Virus record (IMG/VR): IMGVR_UViG_3300020045_010322
Coordinates: 1-27,173 of that record
Length of the DNA stretch: 27,173 bases
Origin: a virus
Lineage: Duplodnaviria; Caudoviricetes
Direction: 5' to 3' (one strand)
Shown: positions 7,654 to 15,773 of the stretch, one piece after another
Layout of the letters: each line of letters opens with the position of its first letter
How positions within the stretch are numbered: position 1 is the first letter of the stretch
The notes under the pieces: generated by a model
Told to the model about the DNA's origin: nothing
Databases searched by the model: none
The model's input: the letters and a program-made list of their open reading frames with translations, nothing else
Translations under genes and position numbers: made by a program

Positions 7654-9549
7654 ATGCTAAAGTCACCATACGAACAGTTCATCCACATCAGTCGTTACTC
7701 CCGGTGGATGGAAGAAGAAAAGCGTCGTGAGACGTGGGAAGAGACGGTTTCTCGTCTCTGCAATTACTATGATGAGAAAACTTCTGGAAAACTTACTGAA
7801 GTTATTCAGAATGAAATTAAGGCCGCAATTCTTAATTGCGAAATCATGCCGTCAATGCGGGCTTTAATGACTGCTGGTCCAGCATTAGAACTTGAGAATA
7901 TTGCAGGGTATAACTGTGCGTATTTGGCAGTAAATAGTCGTAGATCTCTCTCAGAGGCCCTATACATCCTGATGTGTGGTACAGGTGTCGGATTTTCATG
8001 CGAGCGTCAGGAGATCGTAAATCTCCAACCCGTACCGCAAACACTTACTCATTCTGATGACATTATTTCAGTCCAAGACTCGAAGATGGGCTGGGCAAAA
8101 GCATTCGATCGTCTATTAGTGTCCCTGTGGACTGGGGATATTCCTAAGATCGACTACTCAAAAGTTCGTCCTTCTGGTGCAAGGCTTAAGACTTTTGGTG
8201 GACGAGCAAGCGGTCCCGCACCCCTAAAACGCCTTTTCGAATACACGATCAATCTGTTTCGTCAAGCTGGTGGGCGAAAGCTAAATTCCATCGAAGTACA
8301 TGATTTGATGTGTACTATTGGAGAGATTGTTGTAGTCGGTGGCGTTCGTCGAAGTGCTCTTATCAGCCTGAGCAACTTGTCAGATATGCGTATGCGTGAC
8401 GCAAAGACTGGACAATGGTGGGTAGACCATCCTGAGCGTGCTCTCGCTAATAACTCTATCTCTTACACTGAAAAGCCTACTCCAGAGGTTTTCATGGAAG
8501 AATGGCTCTCTCTGGTTAAGTCTAAGTCAGGAGAGCGTGGTATTTTCAATCGTGTAGCAGCTCAAGAACAAGCGGCAAAGTGGGGTCGTAAGAAGGATCT
8601 TAACTATGGCTGTAACCCATGTTCGGAGATTATTCTACGTGACAAGCAATTTTGTAATTTGACAGAAATTGTTGTTCGTGCTGAGGATACTCTTGAAAGC
8701 TTAAAGCGTAAGGCTAAGCTTGCAACTATCCTTGGAACGATCCAATCTACGTTTACGAACTTCAAGTTCATTGGCGAGACTTGGAGAAAGAACACGGAAG
8801 AAGAGAGACTGCTAGGTGTCTCCCTGACAGGGGTCCTTGACAACCGTGTCATGTCAGGGCTAGAAGGTGCTGAAATCCTAGGTCAATGGTTGAACGAAGT
8901 TCGTGATGATTGCATTTCTACTAATCGAGATTATGCAGAAATCCTAGGCATCAATCCTTCTGCATCCATCACCTGTGTAAAACCTTCCGGCACAGTCTCA
9001 CAGCTTGTCGATGCTGCATCAGGCTTACACACACGTCACTCAAAATACTACATCAGAACCGTACGAATTGATAAAAAGGATCCTCTATATCAATTCATGC
9101 AATCGAAGGGTATTTATTGCGAAGACGACGTTATGAAGCCTGAAACAGGTGCAGTCTTCTCGTTCCCTATCGCTGCACCTGAAGGATGCCTGACTCGTGA
9201 TAGCCTGACTGCAGTTCAACACTTAGACTTGTGGCTTCTATATCAACGCGAATGGTGTATGCATAAACCCTCCATCACCATCTCAGTCCAGGATGACGAA
9301 TGGATTGGCGTAGGCGCGTGGGTATGGAAGAACTTCAATGAAGTAAGTGGAGTATCCTTCCTTCCTCATTCTGGACATACTTATCAACAGGCACCTTATC
9401 AAGAAGTTTCAAAAGAAGAGTTTGATAAATGGGTCGAAGATCATCCTATGACTAGCATTGATTGGGTAGGTCTTCAGGATTTTGAAAAAGAAGATACTAC
9501 CGTGTCCAGTCAAACACTTGCCTGTACTGCAGGCGTATGCGAGATTTAA
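7654..9549 (+). CDS. nrdJ: class II (adenosylcobalamin-dependent) ribonucleotide reductase, monomeric RTPR-like
   Basis: PSMR, YNC, GTGVGF, GGVRRSA, NPCSEI, CNL, TCVKPSGT and a C-terminal CTAGVCEI cysteine pair. No nrdB neighbour and no ATP cone. Confidence 0.92.
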   Translation: MLKSPYEQFIHISRYSRWMEEEKRRETWEETVSRLCNYYDEKTSGKLTEVIQNEIKAAILNCEIMPSMRALMTAGPALELENIAGYNCAYLAVNSRRSLSEALYILMCGTGVGFSCERQEIVNLQPVPQTLTHSDDIISVQDSKMGWAKAFDRLLVSLWTGDIPKIDYSKVRPSGARLKTFGGRASGPAPLKRLFEYTINLFRQAGGRKLNSIEVHDLMCTIGEIVVVGGVRRSALISLSNLSDMRMRDAKTGQWWVDHPERALANNSISYTEKPTPEVFMEEWLSLVKSKSGERGIFNRVAAQEQAAKWGRKKDLNYGCNPCSEIILRDKQFCNLTEIVVRAEDTLESLKRKAKLATILGTIQSTFTNFKFIGETWRKNTEEERLLGVSLTGVLDNRVMSGLEGAEILGQWLNEVRDDCISTNRDYAEILGINPSASITCVKPSGTVSQLVDAASGLHTRHSKYYIRTVRIDKKDPLYQFMQSKGIYCEDDVMKPETGAVFSFPIAAPEGCLTRDSLTAVQHLDLWLLYQREWCMHKPSITISVQDDEWIGVGAWVWKNFNEVSGVSFLPHSGHTYQQAPYQEVSKEEFDKWVEDHPMTSIDWVGLQDFEKEDTTVSSQTLACTAGVCEI

Positions 9550-9556
9550 CTAAACC

Positions 9557-10168
9557 ATGCTCCTCAAAGACGCCGTGAACGTCTTAGCCTCTGGCGGAGG
9601 CTTTTCCAACCCCTTGGATGAAGTCTCCGCCTCGCTAAGCCCGAAAGCTTCAGCGCTTTCTGCCTCAACAACACCTTCAATTAAAGCTGCAGGAGATGCG
9701 ATTGCTGCGCTAGTAGCTTCGTCAAACCTTGCTGTTACTAATCTTCTTGGTCAAATGAAAACCTTGCTTCCTATTCAGAAAGCAGCAAATGGAATCTATA
9801 ATGAATTAAACACAACAACAGGTGAACAAGCCTTTTTCCAGAATACGTTTGCGCCACTAACAGCTCAAACTGCGCATCTACAAACACTTAACACCTTAGT
9901 AACTTCAGGGCACCTTGCTGAGCTTGCGGCGGTCGTATTTCCAGCGGCTCTAACATCACCCCAGACAGCAGCGCTAAACGCTATCGTTTCTGCAACCTCT
10001 ACGGCAGCATCTGCTCTCGCACCTATCCCAGCAGCTTCAGCAGCGGGTATTGCTTATGGAAACTCTCTTCTCTCCGGTTATTCTTACGCCAAGTTCATGA
10101 CACAGCCCCAGCCAAGTTTCGTCCAAGGGGTAATTGGTGCATCTACTAACATTACAATCACAGGCTAA
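9557..10168 (+). CDS. Ala/Ser-rich hypothetical protein, possibly virion-associated
   Basis: 203 aa, 2 nt upstream of the PAAR gene. Confidence 0.7.
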   Translation: MLLKDAVNVLASGGGFSNPLDEVSASLSPKASALSASTTPSIKAAGDAIAALVASSNLAVTNLLGQMKTLLPIQKAANGIYNELNTTTGEQAFFQNTFAPLTAQTAHLQTLNTLVTSGHLAELAAVVFPAALTSPQTAALNAIVSATSTAASALAPIPAASAAGIAYGNSLLSGYSYAKFMTQPQPSFVQGVIGASTNITITG

Positions 10169-10170
10169 AA

Positions 10171-10476
10171 ATGGGTATACCAGTTTGTAGAGTCGGAGAC
10201 GTTGTCACAGGGGTATGCCCTGGGCATCCAATCCCTGTTCCGTTTTCAGGTACTTGGGGTTCAGGATCTGTCGTCTGCACTGCAGATGGCCTTGGAATTA
10301 TCAGGGTCGGGGACGTAGGCTCAGCTTCTTGCGGCCATTCAATCATGGCAGTATCCGGGTCTAGTATTGTTACGGCAGACGGCATCGGAGTTGTCAGGAT
10401 AGGAGACGCAGTGATTACTTCAGGTGGTGGATCTGGGACTTGTGCTTCTGGGTCGGATGTAGTGACGGCTGTATGA
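10171..10476 (+). CDS. PAAR-repeat tail-spike tip protein
   Basis: Three PAAR-like repeats (PVCRVGD, GIIRVGD, GVVRIGD) with candidate Zn ligands (CPGH, SCGH); 101 aa. Confidence 0.85.
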   Translation: MGIPVCRVGDVVTGVCPGHPIPVPFSGTWGSGSVVCTADGLGIIRVGDVGSASCGHSIMAVSGSSIVTADGIGVVRIGDAVITSGGGSGTCASGSDVVTAV

Positions 10477-11060
10477 ATCAAAACCCTGTATTCTCTATTG
10501 GAATCGACCCTGGTTGGAAGAACTTAGGCTTAGGCATAGTTCAACAAATTCCAGGATCTTATAAGTCTAAGCTAGTCTATTCAACTACGCTTAATCCGAG
10601 TTCGTATGAGAGCCCGGAGTTTTTCGTAGAGCAGGCGCTTGACGATATTATTGCCGTAGCTATTGGTGGCTCTTATCTAAAGAATGTAAAACATTTCACT
10701 ATAGAGCGATACGTAGCCTACGCAAACGTAAAGACCTCAGAGACTGAGAACATCACTAGTCTTATTGGTATGATGAGCTTATATGCATATCAAGCTTCAC
10801 TTTCTTTCGGAAAAGATGACCATCCTCTTGACAGAACTTTAGTCCGCGCTATAGAATGGAAAGTCGGCATTGCACAATTGCTTGCCAAGCACACAACTTT
10901 TAGAAACCCGTCCACTCAGTTGGACAAGAAATTCAGCATTGCTGTTGCAAAGGAACTTATTGATGGTAACGGAAAATTTGAAACAGATCACGAAGCAGAT
11001 GCAATCGCTCTTGCAGCTATACCGTTTGCACGTGAAGTGTTACTTCTTAAATCTTCGTGA
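10473..11060 (+). CDS. RuvC-like Holliday junction resolvase
   Basis: IGIDPG, FTIER, EWK and DHEADA give the RNase H-fold acidic set. Start moved to the ATG at 10473 (ATGA overlap with PAAR). Confidence 0.8.
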   Translation: MNQNPVFSIGIDPGWKNLGLGIVQQIPGSYKSKLVYSTTLNPSSYESPEFFVEQALDDIIAVAIGGSYLKNVKHFTIERYVAYANVKTSETENITSLIGMMSLYAYQASLSFGKDDHPLDRTLVRAIEWKVGIAQLLAKHTTFRNPSTQLDKKFSIAVAKELIDGNGKFETDHEADAIALAAIPFAREVLLLKSS

Positions 11061-11064
11061 AGAC

Positions 11065-11328
11065 TTGGAAGTAGGGCTTGATCGCATCGGGAAATGGGCC
11101 ATTACGAAAGAGAATACTCTTGTAAAGCAAACATTTAATGATGCTATCGTAGAAGAAAAGCCTAAGTCAGCCTTTCATAATCTAAGCTCTAGAGGTATAG
11201 TTGTAGTACCTATCGACTTTGATTTGAAAAGCTTATCTGAAGAAGACCAGAAAATTCTATTAGATCTAATCTCTGCAGGACGAGTAATAGGTGTTCAAGA
11301 CCTATACTGTCTAGCTCTGATTCAATAA
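11065..11328 (+). CDS. hypothetical protein (start uncertain)
   Basis: Coding-like frame after the resolvase. In-frame TTG at 11065; the track's 10870 start lies deep within the resolvase. A GTG at 11057 would be in frame if one base were added. Confidence 0.6.
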   Translation: MEVGLDRIGKWAITKENTLVKQTFNDAIVEEKPKSAFHNLSSRGIVVVPIDFDLKSLSEEDQKILLDLISAGRVIGVQDLYCLALIQ

Positions 11329-11341
11329 TTAAGGATATTTC

Positions 11342-11551
11342 ATGTTAAATAAATGGGTAGAATTACTCCCGCTATTTGTTGTTAGGTGGCTTGCCTTACG
11401 GTACTGCGAAAAAGTTAGTATCAGTCGTGAAGGTAATAATAGAATGGTTGCAGTTGCGAGGCCTGACATTTATGTAAAAGATCCTTATATAAGCAGTCGC
11501 CAAGTATACGAAGACTGGACAGGTAGAAAATTCCCTGGCGGTATTCAATAA
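11342..11551 (+). CDS. hypothetical protein
   Basis: 69 aa with AAGGA RBS. Confidence 0.7.
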   Translation: MLNKWVELLPLFVVRWLALRYCEKVSISREGNNRMVAVARPDIYVKDPYISSRQVYEDWTGRKFPGGIQ

Positions 11552-11563
11552 CCAGTAGAGTCT

Positions 11564-11602
11564 TGGTATAAGACTAGTACGAAGATATATCGTATCTTCT
11601 TT
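11564..11602 (+). promoter_or_regulatory. TGGTATAAGA promoter-like motif followed by a hairpin
   Basis: TGGTATAAGA at 11564-11573; GAAGATAT-ATC-GTATCTTC stem at 11581-11599. Confidence 0.5.
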
Positions 11603-11626
11603 ACCCCTTCATTTTAGGAACCTTTT

Positions 11627-11851
11627 ATGCTATTTGCCCGTAATCTTGAAACTGTTCGCGTTGAAAACAATCTGACTGAAACTCAGTTTGCAGAAGTTCT
11701 CGGTCTTCATCGCTCGACCATTAAGCGTATCCAGAGCCGTACCAAGGGGGCTGATCAGTATAACCCTACGTATCAAACCCTTCTCAAGGCAAGCCGTGCA
11801 TTGAAGGTTGATCTGAATACGCTCATCAGCCGCCGCGTCACCAGTCTGTAA
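11627..11851 (+). CDS. XRE/Cro-family helix-turn-helix protein
   Basis: NLETVRVENNLTETQFAEVLGLHRSTIKRI...NPTYQTLLKASRALKVDLNTL is a canonical HTH_3 pattern. Confidence 0.88.
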   Translation: MLFARNLETVRVENNLTETQFAEVLGLHRSTIKRIQSRTKGADQYNPTYQTLLKASRALKVDLNTLISRRVTSL

Positions 11852-11891
11852 TTCTTAGCTCATCCACCACGTTAACTTCTAGGATTCAATC

Positions 11892-12110
11892 ATGTCAACC
11901 CAAGTTGTTGCAGAGTATGTAGAAGAAGGTTTTGCCATTCTCCAAGATAGTCAAGGAAGTTACATTTTCAACCAGGATAATTCAATTCTACCTATCGAAG
12001 ATAATCATCCGCTGACTCTTCGTATGCATCGTCCGTGGTGGGCGGGTAGCCAAGAGAAGGTTCCTAAGTTGCTGGACCCTGGATTCAGTGAACTTGGAAG
12101 CCTAGGCTAA
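11892..12110 (+). CDS. hypothetical protein
   Basis: 72 aa with TAGGA RBS, followed by a terminator. Confidence 0.7.
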   Translation: MSTQVVAEYVEEGFAILQDSQGSYIFNQDNSILPIEDNHPLTLRMHRPWWAGSQEKVPKLLDPGFSELGSLG

Positions 12111-12115
12111 TAGTT

Positions 12116-12140
12116 AAAACTAGGAGTAATCCTAGTTTTT
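12116..12140 (+). terminator. intrinsic terminator
   Basis: AAAACTAGGA-GTAA-TCCTAGTTTTT: 10-bp stem, GNRA loop and U tract, right after a stop codon. Confidence 0.8.
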
Positions 12141-12792
12141 CGTGGAAACTGTATATACCGCAAGGGTGTTGAGCGATACGTTCAGCTATACTTTTCGGGC
12201 TGTGCCCGAGACCTCTCCAATAAGACTCCGTCGGCCTTCCTCAGGACAACCTGGTCTCTGGGAGGAGCTACTAAGTCTTGTATAGTGGAAAAGAGAGTTT
12301 CCTGTATTTTGAAATTTGAATAGTATTCAAGCAACTTGCTTGCAGGATAGCAACTTCCCTGTTTAGGCTTGCCTTTCCGGTCAGCACCTACAAGGCTACA
12401 AAACGCCGCGAATGGCGTCGAGTATTCAAATTTCACGTGTTTTGTCTTAGACGTTGGTAATCAGCGAACCGCAAAGCTTTTAAACTTTGCACCCTCGCAA
12501 GAAGATAGTTACTATCTTCTTTAAGCTTGGGAGCCCAAGTGCTCCCCGCCAGGCTGCCGCCGGGCAACCGGTTTATAACGTTCTTATAAACTGCGATCGC
12601 CAGGCGCAGATGCCAAAGAGCAATGTCTGTATTTTCATAATTAAAGCGTATCTTTAAACTGCAAAGTTGCCAAGTCGATACGGCTTGGTTCATCTATTGC
12701 GGAAATTATTCAAATAAATTCCGCATCTCGTCGATTCCGACCTCGGCTTTAATTCCCCTCAACAAAGAAGTTAAACCTTCTTTTTAGCCGAT
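12141..12792 (+). ncRNA. candidate large structured non-coding RNA (~650 nt), family not recognised
   Basis: No + strand ORF of 60 aa or more. Roughly 20 helices, including long-range pairs GGAAACT(12144-50)/AGTTTCC(12296-302) and TGAAATTTGAATA(12310-22)/TATTCAAATTTCA(12423-35). Many G.U wobbles that work only on the + strand, and GCAA loops. Confidence 0.6.
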
Positions 12793-12820
12793 TAACACAA
12801 ATATCTCATAGGAGTAAATC

Positions 12821-12997
12821 ATGTTAGGTTTAAAAATTGCCATCACAGGTCTTATTATATGTATAACCTCTTTTTCTCTCATAGGAATTATAGGTAAACC
12901 ATCTCCACCGCTGATTATATCAGTGCCATTGCTACTCGGAGCTTTCGGGGGCGCAGCCGCAATTATTATTGGTGTCATAATGGCTATCTGGGTATAA
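12821..12997 (+). CDS. small two-TM membrane protein (58 aa, below the ORF-track cutoff)
   Basis: TAGGAG RBS at 12809-12814. Hand translation: MLGLKIAITGLIICITSFSLIGIIGKPSPPLIISVPLLLGAFGGAAAIIIGVIMAIWV. Confidence 0.75.
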   Translation: MLGLKIAITGLIICITSFSLIGIIGKPSPPLIISVPLLLGAFGGAAAIIIGVIMAIWV

Positions 12998-13001
12998 ATA
13001 A

Positions 13002-13448
13002 ATGTCTGAAATTAGTTTGAGAGAAGCAGCACAAGACGTGCTCAATATGGTCGATTATATGTTGGCCAATGGAGAATGGTACAAAGCGCATGAAAGGGCT
13101 GGAAACCTGAGAGTAGTGTTAGCGCAGCAGCAAGAACCTGTGGCGTGGCGCCGTCGAGAAGTCTACGAAGATGGGTTAAGCGGCGCGTGGCACTATTTCG
13201 GCTGGGCCGAAACTGGCATGACCATGAGACTCGTTGCCGCATGGAATGCAACGCCAGGGATGGAGTGCGAAACTATTCCAGCCATGTCCGACCCGCAGCC
13301 CGCACCCGTGGCACAGCCGATGCTAGAGTTCGACGAAATCGATGACGAAACAATCGACGCCGCGTGTGTTGCTGGTGGCATTTACCGAGTCGACCTCATG
13401 CATGCGTACAATGTCTTACGCGCCCACAACATTGGAACAAAAACTTGA
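13002..13448 (+). CDS. hypothetical mosaic phage protein
   Basis: 148 aa with QQQEPVAW and PQPAPVAQP modules; locally GC-richer. Confidence 0.7.
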   Translation: MSEISLREAAQDVLNMVDYMLANGEWYKAHERAGNLRVVLAQQQEPVAWRRREVYEDGLSGAWHYFGWAETGMTMRLVAAWNATPGMECETIPAMSDPQPAPVAQPMLEFDEIDDETIDAACVAGGIYRVDLMHAYNVLRAHNIGTKT

Positions 13449-14299
13449 AAACATACATTCTATATCACGCCAACTGCACAGACGGTCTTGGCGCCAAATA
13501 CGCAGCTCACAAGAAGTACGGCGATGCTGCAACATATTATCCCGTTCAGTACAATCAACCCGTACCAGAAATCGAAGATGACAGCGAAGTTTTCATCGTA
13601 GACTTCTGCTACGATTTAAACACGCTACAAGCTCTTAAAGAGCGCGTAGCTAAGCTGGTAGTACTAGACCATCATAAGACCGCCCAAGAGGCTCTGAAGG
13701 GCTTTCCTGGGGCTATCTTTGATATGAATAAATCCGGTGCTGTTCTGGCCTGGGAATACTTCCATCCCGGAACGAAGGTTCCAGAGCTGTCTGAGTACAT
13801 TCAAGACCGTGACATTTGGACTTGGAAGAAGCCGGGGACAAGAGAAGTTCTCAGTGCACTCAAAGCTTTGCGGGAGGACTTTGATAAATGGGAGAAGCTC
13901 CAGAAGCACCTAGAAGACGACCTTATTCGGGAAAGCATTATTTATGAGTATGAAAAAGTCTCTGAATATGAAGACGACTACGTGGAAAGAACCGCGAAGA
14001 AGTTCGCAAGGCTTACGCTTTGGGGTCACAAAGTTGCACTGTTTAATAACACTCATTTAGGTAGCGAAGTTGGCAGTAAGATTTGCACTGACAACGAAGA
14101 CATTGCTTTCAGTATCGGTTATTTCATTGCGGCTGACAATGCAGATGTTTGCCTGTCGTTCAGATCGGTAGGCGATTTTGATGTGACTAAGTATGCGAAG
14201 ATTCATGGCGGCGGCGGCCATAGGAATGCTGCAGGCGCCGTGATTTCATTGGAAGAATTGATGGAATGGTATAAACTTAAGGATAAAAATGTTGAGTAA
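13445..14299 (+). CDS. DHH/DHHA1-family phosphoesterase
   Basis: YHANCTDG, IVDF, LDHHKT, DRD, SFRS and GGGGHRNAAG motifs. Start moved to the TTG at 13445 (TTGA overlap). Confidence 0.9.
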   Translation: MKTYILYHANCTDGLGAKYAAHKKYGDAATYYPVQYNQPVPEIEDDSEVFIVDFCYDLNTLQALKERVAKLVVLDHHKTAQEALKGFPGAIFDMNKSGAVLAWEYFHPGTKVPELSEYIQDRDIWTWKKPGTREVLSALKALREDFDKWEKLQKHLEDDLIRESIIYEYEKVSEYEDDYVERTAKKFARLTLWGHKVALFNNTHLGSEVGSKICTDNEDIAFSIGYFIAADNADVCLSFRSVGDFDVTKYAKIHGGGGHRNAAGAVISLEELMEWYKLKDKNVE

Positions 14300-14936
14300 A
14301 ATCCACCTACCCCAACCATATATAGCCTTCGATGGTCTCGACGGCTCCGGCAAAAGCACCGCAGTAAAGGACTTCAAAAAAATCCTACTCCGGGACTACG
14401 CAGTCAATGCATATGAAGCAAGAGAGGTTGGAGGCACTTATCTTGCTGAGCAGGTCAGGGACATTATCCTGGATCCTGCTCTAAATCTAGAAGACGCCAC
14501 GACAGAGCTTCTCTTGATCGAAGCTGCACGAAGAAGTCTTCGGAATTACTTGGATGATATGCTCCTCCTGTCATCTGTCCCAATGATTATCTCCGACCGA
14601 TGTGAGGCATCTACTTACGCGTATCAGTGCGTTGCAGGAGGAGCGCCTTACCTATTATTTAAACAGATAGAAGAACTGCACCCAGTATCACCATCACTAT
14701 ATGTTCACCTGAAAGTGGACCCGGTAGTTGCTATGGAGAGAATCCGGGCAAGAGGAGTCTCCGATAGGTTTGAGCGTAGCTCATTAGAGTTCTTTCAGGA
14801 TGTTGCAGAAGGGTATGAAGACTACTTCGATGAAATGGATGGACGGGGGGCCTACGTGGTTACTATCGATGCCAACGGATCGACGGAAGACACGTACGAT
14901 CAACTGGTAGCTTTAGCTGCTAGGATTGAGTTTTAA
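14289..14936 (+). CDS. tmk: thymidylate (dTMP) kinase
   Basis: FDGLDGSGKST, RE, ELLLxxAAR, ISDR, STYAYQ and DRFE motifs. Confidence 0.92.
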   Translation: MLSKIHLPQPYIAFDGLDGSGKSTAVKDFKKILLRDYAVNAYEAREVGGTYLAEQVRDIILDPALNLEDATTELLLIEAARRSLRNYLDDMLLLSSVPMIISDRCEASTYAYQCVAGGAPYLLFKQIEELHPVSPSLYVHLKVDPVVAMERIRARGVSDRFERSSLEFFQDVAEGYEDYFDEMDGRGAYVVTIDANGSTEDTYDQLVALAARIEF

Positions 14937-14952
14937 CTAAACAAGGAATAAA

Positions 14953-15264
14953 ATGGCTTTAACTAAATGGACGCCTACGACGGATTTGCTCATGCTTCGT
15001 CGAATGGGGAAGTTGATCGAAGAACTTGCGGAGCTGCAAGTAGTAGCTTCGCGGTGCATTATTCAGGGAATTGATGGGGTTGATCCAAGCTCAGGCAAGG
15101 TTAATAGGCAGCGGCTGCACGAGGAGCTGGCTGACGTAATGGCTCAGTGCATTTGTACTATGGAGATGCTGGATCTTGATTCCCCGCTTATCGATGAAAG
15201 AGTCAATTCTAAGATTGAGCAAATGTACGAATGGGAAGAAATGTTTACTGGAGAACTTTCGTGA
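14953..15264 (+). CDS. MazG-like all-alpha NTP pyrophosphohydrolase
   Basis: KLIEELAEL...EELADV (EExxE / EExxD) motifs; AAGGA RBS. Confidence 0.7.
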   Translation: MALTKWTPTTDLLMLRRMGKLIEELAELQVVASRCIIQGIDGVDPSSGKVNRQRLHEELADVMAQCICTMEMLDLDSPLIDERVNSKIEQMYEWEEMFTGELS

Positions 15265-15773
15265 GCGACTACCTAGAAAACCTAAAAGAGGGCGGGGTTC
15301 CGGCCATGAACCTACAACGCGTACTGGAGTCCGACGAGGTTCCTGAGTTCATGAAAGCCATTACCAGGAGAATCCTCGAAAACAAGGCTGGGCATTATTC
15401 AGTAGGGGAGTGGCTACAGAAGGCATCGTGGATTGACATCGACTGTTTGGACAGACTCTGTCGAGTCATCGAAGAAGGCGGAGGTCCCGAAGTCCCATCT
15501 GAAGACGTTGAGTCTCTGCTAGGAGCCATGGCAGTATTGACGACAAAGCTTTTTGCAATCGGAGAGGGTTTATCTTCGATGACAAACAACGAAGATGGCG
15601 TCTTGACTCGACTTGGATTGCTGCAAAGCTACATCGCTGCTGAAAGACTGAAGAGGTCAGGGCTTCCGGTAAAGGTGTACTATGACGCGATGAGTCTGGA
15701 CGAAGACGCTTTCGGAGATGAAAGCGTGATTATCGAAATGTTTCCTGAGTTGAAAAATGGCGAAGAAAGCTAA
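15261..15773 (+). CDS. hypothetical protein
   Basis: GTG start overlapping the previous stop (GTGA), GGAG upstream. Confidence 0.72.
   Translation: MSDYLENLKEGGVPAMNLQRVLESDEVPEFMKAITRRILENKAGHYSVGEWLQKASWIDIDCLDRLCRVIEEGGGPEVPSEDVESLLGAMAVLTTKLFAIGEGLSSMTNNEDGVLTRLGLLQSYIAAERLKRSGLPVKVYYDAMSLDEDAFGDESVIIEMFPELKNGEES

Noticed and set aside
12182-12693. Two - strand ORFs (84 and 86 aa) with a 4-nt overlap inside the structured region
   Set aside because: They are antisense to the whole surrounding operon, have no clear RBS or recognisable motifs, and the region is better explained by + strand base pairing. Not fully excluded.
12141-12792. tmRNA, RNase P RNA, group I or group II intron identity for the structured region
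   Set aside because: No tRNA-like ends with CCA, no RNase P GAGGAAAGUCC-type motif, no group II domain V, no clear group I P7 elements, and no interrupted flanking gene.
12784-12978. - strand 64-aa ORF
   Set aside because: Shadow of the + strand 58-aa membrane protein, which has a good RBS.
2591-13000. T4-like late promoter TATAAATA at 2591-2598 and 12993-13000
   Set aside because: Both overlap TAA stop codons and lie 1-2 nt from the next ATG, so they are explained by stop codon plus AT-rich spacer. None was found before the structural genes.
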